From Nitrospirales bacterium (GTDB lineage Bacteria; Nitrospirota; Nitrospiria; Nitrospirales; UBA8639), in the NCBI GenBank assembly GCA_965203295.1, contig CBDBCZ010000018.1:2368001-2432000 (forward strand): 64,000 nucleotides of DNA. The letters are read 5' to 3'. The notes under the pieces were generated by a model. The model ran no database searches, was not told the DNA's origin, and saw only the letters and a program-made list of their open reading frames with translations. The first letter of the stretch is position 1, and the number at the start of each line of letters is the position of its first letter. Positions 13,571 through 25,342 of the stretch are shown piece after piece. A program made the position numbers and the translations under genes.

Positions 13571-13605
13571 GTAAGATTGTACAGAGTTGTGTTGCTAGCA
13601 TACAG

Positions 13606-13686
13606 TAGCCTTGTTCCCAGGCTCAACTCCCACAGCTTTTTTTGCACTATAAAATGCTGGGGGGGTAGAGCCTGTGAACGAGGCTA
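13606..13686. mobile_element. TAG...CTA palindromic MITE with perfect 9-bp TSD
   Basis: agcatacag|tagccttgttcccaggctc ... gagcctgtgaacgaggcta|agcatacag. Confidence 0.9.
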
Positions 13687-14540
13687 AGCATACAGTGTAT
13701 GATTGCTGAGCATCTTAGCATAGTGTATAGTAGTTAATTTAAAAGCCAAAAATGAGTAATGGCAGATTTTAAATTATCAGGATGCTAGTGGATAGTGCAT
13801 TACATCATCTGTAGTGTAACATATTACATGGTGAGCTCTATCACATTGTATTGATCATTTTTTGCTATCACTTTTTATGCAGTAGAATCACTGCAAATAA
13901 AATCTTAGTTGGCAATCACTGAGTAGTACATGTATGCAGTAGTCTCCTGGACTGTAGGTAGGCTGACTACAGCTCCCATGCTTTAGCGCTTGCATACGTG
14001 TAATTCATATGCATATGAGCACCAGCATATATTGACTAGTGAATCACTTACATGTCATAGTGATACAGCTTCTACAGCAACATGGCTGCTGAAAGTCACA
14101 TGATAGTCAGTCCCCCAGTGTGATCAGTCTGTCTGTATTCATGAGTCTCCCAGCTTTAGTGGTGCTTTTGGGGAAATTTTAATGTCTCACCAACTCTCAA
14201 GATTTTTTCAAGTTACAATCAACTGTCTGTGATGCAAGACTGAGTAGTAATACCGTATCACTAGTCTCTACATCACTGCCAAATGACTAACCTAACTACT
14301 GGCCATTGTCGTATAACTATAGCAGTAAATATGCTACAAACCCAATCATTTACTTTTTACGATGTGACAATTAATCTTTTTGTACTCATTTGCAGCTTGT
14401 GTGGTACGTACATAAAGCATTGTAGATATTAAGTTTAGTGCAAGTATATTGAATGTTAGTAGATGTGGCACTGTACCCTTTGCGAGCTAGATTAACATTG
14501 CAAGAGGTGAATTTACCTTTCCGTTTGTTTTTTTTTATAG

Positions 14541-14612
14541 ATGCTTCTACCACTCCTGAACCTACTACTACTACTGCTGCTACTACTACTCCCACTAGCT
14601 CTTCTACTACTG
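14541..14612 (+). CDS. Thr/Ser-rich mucin-like stalk exon (72 nt, phase 1-1)
   Basis: Strong poly-T acceptor ttttttatag|; ASTTPEPTTTTAATTTPTSSSTT; |gtacat donor. Confidence 0.8.
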
Positions 14613-15217
14613 GTACATGTATGTCCAGATTATGTATCCTTGGCAGTGGAACATGAATACAAGTGGGGCCAGGGTGGTATGGTATCAAGCCAAGGAGTAT
14701 ATACCTGCCATGCAATATGGTTATCAGGGGTGGAGTGTTGGTCTCCCTACTGGTATGAAGTGCATAGCCCAACCAGCAGGGTGTGCATGAAGTTTGTGAA
14801 CAGCTCGTTCTATAGGGTTTCACATTTTATGCATTTGTCTGTTTGTCTGTCTATGTATCCAAGCCCGTCATGTGTGCAATATATTATGTCGCATATTACT
14901 TTTTCAATATCTAGGAAACAGAAAACTAAACTCGTTTGGCCTGCAAACCTGCTAGTGGATTAGTTGCATAGTAGCAGACCAGGGTGTGCCATACGTTGTA
15001 TTGCACACATGACGAAATGCACGCACACAAACAAAACGTGGTCAATGTTGTAGGACCTGCCGTTCACACATTTTACAATCAGTTGGCAATTCCCTTCGCA
15101 CAACTGATTAGCCAAAATGTTCAGGCCTTTTACCTACCTAACTCTTGACTATAAGGCATACAGAGTTATAGGAAGTTAATGTTAATTGCCTTTCTTTTCT
15201 TCATTTTGGAGGTACAG

Positions 15218-15226
15218 ATGGCAACT
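15218..15226 (+). CDS. Candidate 9-nt (or 15-nt from 15212) frame-preserving microexon
   Basis: Pyrimidine tract ctttcttttcttcatttt, then ggag|gtacag|ATGGCAACT|gtaagt (consensus donor). Phase 1-1 compatible with flanking exons. Confidence 0.45.
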
Positions 15227-15602
15227 GTAAGTATTGCAGTGGTGTGCTCATGGTAAATGTATGGTATGGGTGGGTATGAGTACCTTCATGTGAAGAATTA
15301 GAGAGAGAAATGTAATATAATTGACTTCGGCTGATCCTGGATCCCGAAACTTTAGAAACAATGCTCAGCATTCCGTTATTGCATGCCCCAAGTAACACCC
15401 TTAGCCAGTTATTTGAAAACTTTGCATATAAATAAGTTTGTGACCTGACAATAGCTGATCGTGTCTTCCTTCCACTGGCTGCTAGTTTTAGTCATGGTGG
15501 CATTAGTGACTTGTCACTGGCCTTGTTGGGATTGCTGATTATTTAGGGCATAGTATCGCTTTGCTACACAGCCATAACCTACTGTTTCAAGGCTCTCCTG
15601 AC

Positions 15603-15676
15603 TATCCTTGTTCCCAGTCCTGCAAATCCCAGCTTTTATCTTGAGGCTGGGGTGGATAGGACTGAGAACAAGGCTA
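15603..15676. mobile_element. Degenerate TAG...CTA-family palindromic MITE
   Basis: tatccttgttcccagtcct ... aggactgagaacaaggcta with tcctgac repeated on both flanks. Confidence 0.65.
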
Positions 15677-16138
15677 GTCCTGACTGTGTGCCCATAATAT
15701 CTCCTGTGGGAAAAAAATTGATTTTTCACATGAGAGCTTCCCATTCTTACTCCCTTCTACCTCTCTATGTCATTGTGCACACCTGCTGTGATGCAGTACC
15801 CAGCGCATTCTCACAGAAATCATTGCAGCACGTATGAGGATCATACCTGTCCTATTCTCATACAGTCAGTGGCATGATAGTCGGCTGTGCCTCCATCTTT
15901 AGCACAACTCTTAGCGGATTAACACAAATGTATTTGCTCAATTCTCCGGTAATATTCACTGCTGTAAGAGCTGTCTGGTACAGCAAACAACTTTGCTTCT
16001 TTAATGGACTCAGGTATATGCATTTCTGAAATAGTAACAGGAAGTTTAATCTTTCATGTGGGAGCTTCCTACTCTTAATACCTTCCACCTCCCTACATTA
16101 TATTGCTATTCTGAACTTTGTTTTGCCTTTACCCTCAG

Positions 16139-16371
16139 CTCAGCGTGGTTCTGATGACAGTACAACTGTGGTAGCAGTGGTTGTGCCATTGTCTATCATC
16201 CTTGTTGCCCTCTTGGTTGTCGCAGTCTTCGGAGTAGTGTTCGTTGCTGTCAAACATGGTGGCACAAAGTCCTCAGTGTATGAGCTGAATGGTGAATTGC
16301 AAGAAAAGAAAGCTCATCCAGAAAGTATAATTGAAGATTATTGCCTCCCAGAAAATGAACCATCAATGGAG
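16139..16371 (+). CDS. Transmembrane and cytoplasmic exon of the type-I membrane protein
   Basis: ctcag|; QRGSDDSTT-VVAVVVPLSIILVALLVVAVFGVVFVAV-KHGG...; hydrophobic run followed by basic residues. Donor at 16372 or possibly 16292. Confidence 0.8.
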
Positions 16372-18656
16372 GTACATGTATAAGTTTAGCATGCACATTT
16401 TTGCTGTTTTCACTCACACCTTAACAGTCACCACTACGTCTTGATATCAAATATGTGACTATTTTTGGTATGCCTGCTGGTAATATTAAATCAGTTTTCA
16501 ATTTTCAAGTGGGTGAGACTTCCAGTATGGAATATGACTTGTCATTCTGTTGATTGAGGTGAACCTTACACAAGTATCATCAATGAGATAGCACAGGCTA
16601 TAGAGGAAATCCAATAAAGTCCAAGTACTAATACACAAGTTAGGCATAATAAAGAGCAAAACCTACAAGTAGTTGTGCTCTCTTCTCTTGCACAACTACC
16701 TGGGCTACATGTAGTTGAACTTGCTCGCTTCGCTTGCTCTATACAGATAGAAATGAAGTGCAGTAGAAATGGGGTTTGTGGTCGGCAAGGCCTACTCTGA
16801 ATATTCTGTTCAAAACTCACTGAAAATTGCCCTATTACTACTGCATTATTCTTGATGCTTCTTCGTGCCTATTGTTATAGATGGATAGATAGATAGATAT
16901 CCAGGAATGTCCCATCAGCTTAAGCTGGTCTGCGTGGGCATCCTGAACAAACAGTAACTATAATACATCAACAAACACATCAACGTAAATCACAAGACTG
17001 AGTAGGGAGTTCATCCGATGCCATTCTGACCCTGGTTCTAGACCGGGAGGGTATTGGTGACCACAATAATCTTGGCCTAAGCCTATATTGGAACTCTATA
17101 ATAAGCAGTCACCCTTCAACCATGGCTGTGATAGAAGAGGTGGTTGTGTTCACTGTATTATGAGGTCCATTGTGCATTACCAATATGTAGGTTGGGCCAC
17201 AATATTATAGTGGCCATTATTGGGAGGTGGCTGCCACATAGAGTGAACCTATTACGAACACAATGGAACATACAATGAATTAAATTAAGTACGCACACTC
17301 ACGTAGTATCAGATGTACATGTATTAAACAGGCAGATGAAGTGATCGATATGTAGTGCAGTCATTCTGACTTTGGAACACAAAAAAATAATTCAGTTTTG
17401 CCAAAAGTCTCTTACATTCTGCGATATAGTTCACCGGCTGTGAGAGGGCAACAGCTCTCAGCTGGATCCTGGGAAGGGCCAGGATGTGGTACTCCACAGT
17501 AGCCCCAAGCCTGACCATGTGCGACTTCTGCCCTGCATGGGGAAACCAAAAGAAATTTGCAGCTGTTCTTGATCTCCATTCATTCAGAGCCTCTTAGCCC
17601 AGAATCAAAGGTCAAAACTGCCGTACACTGACTTTGTGTACAACAGGCAGTCCCAGCGGATGTGGTGGACTATTGTGAAATAATTTAACATGATTGAACA
17701 CGTCTATAAATAGGAGGAGGGGCTATGCTCACCTACACCTCTGGTTGGGGTGGGATCGGCGTTTGCAGCTGAATAGACACGGGATTGCTCTCATCATGAA
17801 CCTCAGATCAAGTGGACACTTGTACTCTCTGAAACAGACTGTCCACTTTTCGCAGAAACCTATCTCCCTGCTCAGGAGATTGGCGGGTTCCTCCTGGGTG
17901 TGATGAGCTTCTGAATGAATGGTGTCCAGCTGTGAGTGGACTTCTGCAGCAGATATAATTGAGGACAAATACAACTGAGTGTAATCATGAACAGGGTTCT
18001 ACTATTACAGCCACAAAAGAATATAATTATAGCAGCGAGGGAATTTTGAAAAGAGAAAGAACTGTGAGATTAAGGGAACAATCACCATATTAATGAGAAT
18101 GAGTAAGGTTGCAGTTTTTGGAGGTGAGAGTTACATGTGCTCAAGTGGGTTTCTGCAGAAATATTTTATTCCCTCAGCTAAATATCAAACAGCAACTGAT
18201 ATATTGAAAAGACAAAAAATGCTTAATAAGTTACTTTTCAAAAGCAAAAAAAAAAAAGAAATTAGCAAAAACAAACTTGGCGTTCATTTTAGTGAGCGTT
18301 TAAAAAAAAAAAAACGAAACTTTTTCAAAAAAAAAAGAGAAAAAGTTTCACCCGAAGGGCCAGGATGTGGAAGCTCAAGCGGCTAACGAACAAGAACTGA
18401 CCCCGATGGATCCACTCCGCAGCGTGTACAGGTTTATACTGGAATTAAGGGAGGTAGGGGGCGGTCCCTAAGCCATAATGCCCCAAACCTTCAGTGTACG
18501 AGCCGAGATTCGAACTCGCGATCACTGTCTCCAGATACTGTGCCACTGCTCCCAGCACCACGGGGGGTGTTGGTGATAGTAGATGAACATTTCTCTCTTT
18601 TATATCAGTACTATTCCTATAGACATTCGCAAGAGAAAAAAAGGAAAATTAAAGTT

Positions 18657-18725
18657 CCCGGGCGGATTCGAACCCGCGACCTTTTCAGTGAAAGGCGAAA
18701 CGATTGCCGCTAAGCCACGCCTGCT
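18657..18725 (-). repeat. tRNA-derived sequence (pseudo-tRNA or SINE head)
   Basis: Minus strand: box A TGGCTTAGCGG and box B GGTTCGAATCC; arms pair poorly. A second box-B-like gagttcgaatctc lies at ~18505-18517. Confidence 0.55.
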
Positions 18726-19126
18726 TCTGGATATTTGATTGAAAATTTTCCCGTTAAATAAGGGGTATGGCAATAGACGCAAACAGGTCGAAGTTTTGTA
18801 TCATTGCTAGGTCTTTAAGTATTAGTTAGACCAAGCAACAAGGTTACTACAATGTTTTGAGCACCAGAGGGACTAATTGGCTGAAGCACAACCTACTTAT
18901 TGACCGAGGCGGAGCTGTCGCTGACGCGAGTGTTGAGAAATTGCTAGCTGACGCTGAAAGCTCGTTTTGCACTACTGCTGTAAGCCAAGTTGGCATAGTA
19001 ACATACTAACATCCACATCTGCTAGTACCTATGGTTCGCCAAAGTCTGAGAAAGCTGTGAATTAGGGTGCCGTTTGTGCCAAAATCAATTTTTTGAGATA
19101 CTTTGACTAGAGAATATATGGCATTT

Positions 19127-19370
19127 ACTAAATACCCATGGTTATTTAGTAAATACTCATGGTTACTTAGTAAATACCCATGGTTACTTAGTAAATACCC
19201 ATGGTTACTTAGTAAATACCCATGGTTACTTAGTAAATACCCAGGGTTATTACCTGGCATTTGCTAAATACCCATGGTCATTTACTAAATACGTAATTGC
19301 TAAATACCATGATCATTTACCATGATCATTTACCATGATCATTTACCCATGGTCATTTGCTAAATACCTG
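19127..19370. repeat. 21-bp minisatellite (taaatacccatggttacttag) decaying into shorter units
   Basis: About 6 near-identical 21-mers, then catgatcatttac-type units. Confidence 0.92.
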
Positions 19371-19934
19371 ACATTTGCTGAATAGTCTCATTCCCAGCCC
19401 TGTAGGGCTGGGAACGAGATTAATCAGATGAGCATCACTGGAAATGCTCTCCCGAGATCGACTGTGTGACGGATTCTGACAGGTACTCATCTTAGCGATG
19501 GCCTTGTGGACAACTAATTCGCTGCCTATAGCCCGTACCCATACCCCAGACGTAAAAGTCGCGGAACAAGAGCACGATGATCTGGAATCAGGATTCAGAT
19601 TCAGAATAGACTATTATCTATGCTCTGAGTTTCTAAAACCTTGTAGTGACGAGCTCGCATCCGGTCTCTAGCCTATACTTAATTGTGAAACAGGTTTGCA
19701 TGTAGTGTGTTGTGCCAAAGTTGCACTACAGTACAGCTTTGTCTCGAAGGTCATTTACTGACTGTCAGTGCTCACATTGTGGTATTTTAGTCGAACTATC
19801 TACATACGTGTATTACAATAAGTAACATATTTGCCTGGACTGTGCACTTACATATATTAGCAACGTATGTAGAGCGCTTTTATGCAGTGGATCCCTTTTT
19901 ATTGGTATTGCCACAGATCATATACAAGTGAACC

Positions 19935-20010
19935 TACCAGTCTCTACTCCCCACCTAGCTTTTTTGCACAGAAACAGCTGAGTGGGGAGTAGAGACTGGG
20001 TACAAAGTTA
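19935..20010. mobile_element. Palindromic MITE whose right TSD is displaced by a Kolobok-like insertion
   Basis: ccagtctctactccccac / gtggggagtagagactgg inverted arms; agtgaacc at 19927-19934 recurs at 20374-20381. Confidence 0.7.
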
Positions 20011-20011
20011 A

Positions 20012-20370
20012 AGTGGTGTCCCACCCAATTGGACGTTCAATCTCAAAAAATGGTAGGGACTATGAAGGTAAAAATGCAACCCAGTAATTTTCTCAATGAG
20101 TTCTCTTCAATAAACACCTTTTTGAAACATACAGGGTAAATTTAACTTTCCAACTTTTTTCCTTGACCCCCCTCAGGAAGTACTAAATGTCATTGCATAG
20201 CACTCGTGGTTTTAGAGACTTTGGTGAAACTTTCAGGTGCATAGGGGGTAGCAAGCCAAGATATTGATGTCCCAAATTCATAAACAATAATGAAAAATTG
20301 ACATTGATATCTTGGCTTGTGTACAGAAATAAATGTTCAAAATAATATTATCTTTGGGTGGAACATCACC
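20012..20370. mobile_element. Non-autonomous Kolobok-like element
   Basis: TTAA|agtggtgtcccacccaa ... ttgggtggaacatcacc|TTAA: purine-purine termini, TTAA TSD. Confidence 0.75.
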
Positions 20371-20476
20371 TTAAGTGAACCCCACACCAGTCTTATTTAT
20401 TAATGTGGCAGCTAGTGGCAGCGTGTCCAACTGTGTGCATTTTGTGGTGTAAAGGGTGACTACATACAGTGTGTGT

Positions 20477-20529
<53 letters not shown>

Positions 20530-20530
20530 A

Positions 20531-20950
20531 CAGTGGTGGAGCTAGTGGTTAGAGCACTGGACTCACAACCCAAGTGGTAGTTCGAATCCCACATGATGAC
20601 TGGTGACTATATACCTACTATATATCATTTTTTCTATCATTAACATGTATTTGGTGTGAATTACGTATTATGTAATTGCCAGTACACACCAGCCCACCCA
20701 GCTGTAATGGGTACCTGGCAATTTGCTGGGGTGCAAATTCAACTGACTGCTCTCATGTATCAGCCTTGGTCCAGGTGGGACTCCGGGTGCCCACACCAGA
20801 CACTGAGAGAAGCAGGCAGTCCTTCGGCGAGCTCCTAGCCCAGCTCCATGAGTTTGCTAGAACTGGCTCATAGTGCTTGCTTAGTGCACAAGCAGCCTGG
20901 CTTTACCAGGTGCATGTGACCGCTTAGTGGCAGCAATAGAATTTGCATTT
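20531..20950 (+). mobile_element. tRNA-head SINE with Deu/Nin-domain-like core, sitting in a (TG)n microsatellite
   Basis: Box A tggagctagtgg and box B agttcgaatccc (20531-20592); core cccacccagctgtaatgggtacctgg (~20693-20718); (TG)n runs at 20469-20528 and 20951-21014. Confidence 0.75.
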
Positions 20951-20961
20951 TGTGTGTGTGC

Positions 20962-21015
<54 letters not shown>

Positions 21016-21772
21016 CATGCATGGAAGGAACAGCATTAAGTTGTATCCAAATACAAACAGGATAAGTGAAAACTGGATGAGTGACTAGTAACCATGAAAT
21101 ACTGGATACGGCAAAATAGTATTAGTTATATGTATACATGTCAGTTGTATGGGTTAGCCAAGACCTACGGATAATATTGGCATTATACGTATTGTTCAAG
21201 ACTTTCCCAGTGTCTTGGATTAGTAAAGATAAGTGCCTATATACGTAAGTACTGCATAATTATGGAAATGGATGACATTGCCTGTGGAAGCGCTCACTTT
21301 TTTGGCAGTTAATTCATTATTAGTCCAAGACATGAGCTTGTGAAGCTTGAAAGTGGAAATCATGTGGATTCATTGGAAACAATTTGGTAATCACCAGTAG
21401 AATCCCAGAAGAATTACTGGTCATTCTACATGTACTTGTCATTTATCCACAGACATATAAGTGAGATACAAGGAACACTGAATTAGCTGCACAAAATATC
21501 ACTCGCCTGTGTACATAGAAATAAAGGCCCAAACTCATGAAGTATGCATGGCCCCTGAAGTACTGTAAGGGTAGGCGTATATCATAGTCAGGGTGAACAC
21601 ACGGCAAATTGGCTGGCCCATACAAGTATGAGTTTCCATGATATAGATTCATTTCAGAATGATTCTTATATACAAAAATTGAAAGTAATACACAAAGTGG
21701 AAACAACATCAAAGTAGTTAAGCAATGCATATTAAATATTGTGTAAATGACAAAGTGGCCGACTAAGGTAAT

Positions 21773-22050
21773 TTAGTCAAGTTTCATGACTACATGAGCC
21801 ATTTGTGACATTGTGCTGCCACCATCATTGGACACTTTGCATGTATATAGACCTTCGTCCTCATCGGTGAAGCAGTGGATAGTGTAGGTTGACTGGACCT
21901 CTTTGTTTAGGGAGAGTCCATTGAAGTACCACAGGTAACTGAGTTCTCCGGACCCAGTGGCTACGCAGCTCAGAGTTAGGGGGTCCCCGAGTTCAATCTC
22001 TTGTGGCTGGGGGTGCACTGAGATCACTGGTTTATCTGTCACTACTGGTG
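21773..22050 (-). CDS. Terminal exon encoding an I-set Ig domain
   Basis: cacag|; PVVTDKPVISVHPQPQEIELGDPLTLSCVATG...YLWYFNG...DEGLYTCKVSN...VVMKLD*; canonical C...W...DxGxYxC. Confidence 0.93.
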
Positions 22051-22163
22051 CTGTGAGTGGGAGGGAGAGAAATCAATAAGTTGGATGATAGTTTAATTCT
22101 GGTAACATGTACACCGTAATGACTTATTTACATCTGCAGCACAATAATTACCAAGCGAGATAA

Positions 22164-22202
22164 CTCGTACCCAGGCCTCCCGGCGGGAGGCCTGGGTACG
22201 AG
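22164..22202. mobile_element. Perfect 19-bp-arm hairpin, core of the palindromic MITE family
   Basis: ctcgtacccaggcctcccg-g-cgggaggcctgggtacgag. Confidence 0.75.
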
Positions 22203-22326
22203 AGGAGAGAAGCAAAGCAACCAATCGTGTTGTATAGACTCCATGTGTGCAGGTTGCTGTGTAGTAACACTACAGGAATGTAATTACAGCCTGCCAGAGG
22301 ACAAAGAGACTATTTAAGAGAGCATA

Positions 22327-22907
22327 CTGTAGACTCGGGTTATTAAGCGCATGCGCTTATGAGTCTGAGCAGCAAGGAAATATGCGCTTAACAAAAAGTG
22401 TGCGCTTATAAATAGCGATGTCTAGCACCGCCCATTAGTCCCACCCACCTTTCGCAACTCGTTCTATGGCTAGCTAGCTATCATGGCAAGGGGGGAAGAT
22501 GCGATCCTGATTCACGAAAGCATCATTCAAGAGCACCACGTGTACAAAATCGTCTTGGTGTTCAACGATTGGACGTCTGGTACAAATTATTGTCATGATA
22601 GTGGTTGACAACAGTCAGCTTGAACTCTCTTGCATAGCTTTTCCTCTTAGCCTTTCCCGATCTGTTCGAGAGAAGGATAGAAGCACCAGCAGCCGTAGCC
22701 ATCATGAGAATCTCCAGTGAAACACTCGGTAATACTTAGCACGTTGCAATCTCGATCTCATGCTAGAGAGCCCAAAGTTTAAAGTTTAATCGGGCGCATG
22801 CATGCGCTTAGTAGCGAGTAGCAAAAATCAGGAAGGAAGTATGCGCTTACAAAAAGTTGTGCGCTTATAAAAAAGGTGCGCTTAATTTTAATAACCCGAG
22901 TCTACGG
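22327..22907. mobile_element. Tc1/mariner(pogo)-type non-autonomous element carrying a HIRAN-like remnant
   Basis: TA|ctgtagactcgggttatta ... taataacccgagtctacgg|TA; subterminal tgcgctta repeats; internal MARGEDAILIHESIIQEHHVYK at ~22483-22548. Confidence 0.85.
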
Positions 22908-23210
22908 TACAGTAGAGTTGAGAGCATGTACTGCAGTGGAGTTGCCTGCAGAGAGGCAGCAGTGATTTACGGGGGCAACATGTGTAGCAACCTAGAAGTA
23001 GTGGTAGCGATCTATGGGGGTTCACCGGCAGTGAGTAAGGCTGATTCGGCAGCATCAGACACTGATGGCCGCCATTCTCAAATAACTACACGCACTCCCC
23101 CATTTTAATTGGAAAGGAAGTGTGTGTATGCAAGTGTTGACTCTTCTAGATCTACATGTATAGGTATTGCTTCCCATGAGGCTTCCACATGGAATACCAT
23201 AATAGCTTAC

Positions 23211-23648
23211 ATGATGCTGACGCCTGAGTGGTAAAAGCATTTGCTGACGTAGGTGGAGCAGATGATGGCACTGGCTGTCCACAAGGCTCATCCTCGTCCT
23301 CTGGTTCTCCTCGACCCCGGTAGCCCATTCTTCCATACTGACCCCAGCGGTCTGGGGCACGTACCAGGGGACCCTGGCCATTGCTAATGGAGACTCTAGC
23401 AACTTGGGAATCCGTTGAGCCAGCACAATTAGTGACCCTACAGTAGTAGTCACCTCCATCGCTGTCAATGACTGAGTGGATAAGCAGCTCACGGCTCTCA
23501 CGGCCATTAATCAGCTCATTGCTTCGGTACCATTGGAATTTTGTTGAAGAGTCAGGGTTCTCGACATCAACGAAGAGGCGAAGTGGCTGTCCATACACTA
23601 CTGTAGAGCTGTAAGGCTGGACTGATATTCTGGGCTTGGAAATATGCT
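23211..23648 (-). CDS. Ig domain and linker exon (438 nt, phase 1-1)
   Basis: ccatag|...|gtaagc; HISKPRISVQPYSSTVVYGQPLRLFVDV...FQWYR...DGGDYYCRVTN...; splices in frame to the 22050 exon. Confidence 0.92.
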
Positions 23649-24372
23649 CTATGGATAGAGAAAAAAGGACACTTTATGGGTGGATGTGTGGTACAATTTC
23701 AAAGTATGTGAATAATTCTAACAGAAGCTACCTTTCGTGGTGTTGTGAAGATGAAGCAACAAGATTGCTAGCCTCATTCCCAGGCTACAAAAGGAGTGGT
23801 CTGGTAGACACTGTTTACATGTAACATAATGTACATGTAAAATTGCACACACATGACAAGCACAGATGCATAGGCGAACCAACCAGGTAACCTTGCTCAA
23901 CTTTCAGCCAAACAGAAACAGCAAGACTTCATCGATTTAACAAATTCACTTGGTAGCTTAGCATGAGTGTATTCTTCCATGCATGCGAAATGGTAAGTAT
24001 ACGGTAACAAATGAAATAACGAGCATATAGGGTACATGTAGCTGTGTTACGCTTGAATCACTACACTTCAGGGAGGTTGGAACTCTTAACTCTCAAGTTC
24101 AGAGAAGCACACACATAGCTACAGTACCATAAAGCTAAATTTCAAGTAATTGTTCATCAAAAAAGAATGCAGGACATTCTTATCAGTACCTTTTAGCATA
24201 GATAAATAATTGGCTGTAGATAAACACAAAATTGTCAGACTTTAGTGCACTGTACCTACGTACAGAGCTGCTAGTTTCTTCAAATGTCGGCTTGAAGGGG
24301 AGGGTGCCTTTTCTGGCATAGAAATTAATTTTGTCAGAAGATGCAGCAGCAATTTAATATTAAACTCATGCA

Positions 24373-24445
24373 GAATGTGAAATACGTACCAATAGCTGTA
24401 GTCCAAATGCTAAATGCTCAGACATTTGCCTCATCTGTACATGCA
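24373..24445 (+). pseudogene. Degenerate EGF exon remnant
   Basis: ECEIRTNSCSPNAKCSDI...CTC; partially deleted. Confidence 0.5.
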
Positions 24446-24849
24446 CTGTGTTTCCTGGAACAATGCATGTAGAAGGAGTGTTGGAGCCTACATGATTACC
24501 AAATTCCTCCAAATTAGTTTGTTTCTATTACTTACACATTTTATGTCACCCAGGCAGCATGAAACAGGATTAGTTCTCTGTAGGTATAGTGCATGAAGGT
24601 TTACAACCACTCAGTCATGACATGTAGACTGCTTTCACTTACGTAATTGTTTTTGGACCACTCCTGGGCCGTACTTACTACACTTCTCTAAGGTGTCCAC
24701 TAGTAGGACACAACTGTGGCTCTGACGCAATCTGTTGTGATGTAACAGTACAACTTCAGCTGTGTATTTTCAGACTCGGCATAATGTAGTAGCACTATTC
24801 TTCAAGATACATGGCTGGTTTCTATATACATGAACTTTACTCCATGAAG

Positions 24850-24972
24850 ACATTGATGAATGCGAAAGAGACACAGATAACTGCAGCGTAAATGCAAACT
24901 GCTCAGACACTGAAAGAAGCTTCAACTGTACATGTGTCACTGGATATGAAGGGGATAGAGTGAATTGCACGA
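24850..24972 (+). CDS. cbEGF exon (123 nt, phase 1-1), close paralog of 11057-11179
   Basis: (D)IDECERDTDNCSVNANCSDTERSFNCTCVTGYEGDRVNCT; shares agcttcaactgtacatgtgtcactggatatgaaggggat with the 11.1-kb exon. Confidence 0.85.
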
Positions 24973-25105
24973 GTAAACCCAATTTCAGTTAGAGCTTTTA
25001 CTAAATATCAACAATTTATCCCACAATTGCAGTGTATATTGCCTGAAACCATTGTCACATTTGCACTTACTGAGAAATTACTGTAGTCGTTTCTTTTCTA
25101 TGCAG

Positions 25106-25223
25106 ATATCAATGAATGTGATAGGGGCTCTCATGACTGATGCTAAAGCAGACTGCACTGACACCAATGGGAGCTACTTATGCACCTGCAGAGTAGGATT
25201 CAGTGGCAACGGCAACACATGCA
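25106..25223 (+). pseudogene. Frameshifted cbEGF exon
   Basis: tgcag|(D)INECDRGSHD-[frameshift, about 2 nt lost]-DAKADCTDTNGSYLCTCRVGFSGNGNTC|gtaag. Confidence 0.85.
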
Positions 25224-25289
25224 GTAAGAAGTTCTAGTGTATTCATTGATCAAGTGCATTCATTGCATTTTCTCCCTCATGATCAATAG

Positions 25290-25342
25290 GTTGTACTGAT
25301 GGTCAGCTGATGTTAGCAAATGGCTCCAGCTCCACAGAAGGC
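25290..25342 (+). pseudogene. Truncated SRCR domain exon start
   Basis: atag|; CTDGQLMLANGSSSTEG, matching the SRCR lead-in (xRLvnGxxxxEGRVE) and breaking off before RVE. Confidence 0.7.

Noticed and set aside
14541..14963. ORF starting MLLPLLNLLLLLL, looking like a signal peptide
   Set aside because: Alternative frame of the (ACT)n stalk exon; the ATG is simply the first bases after the acceptor.
16270..16350. ITIM motifs in the receptor tail
   Set aside because: SVYELN and EDYCLP do not satisfy (S/I/V/L)xYxx(I/V/L).
17433..17960. Exon-like minus-strand segments with splice signals
   Set aside because: No consistent reading frame or recognisable domain could be established by eye.
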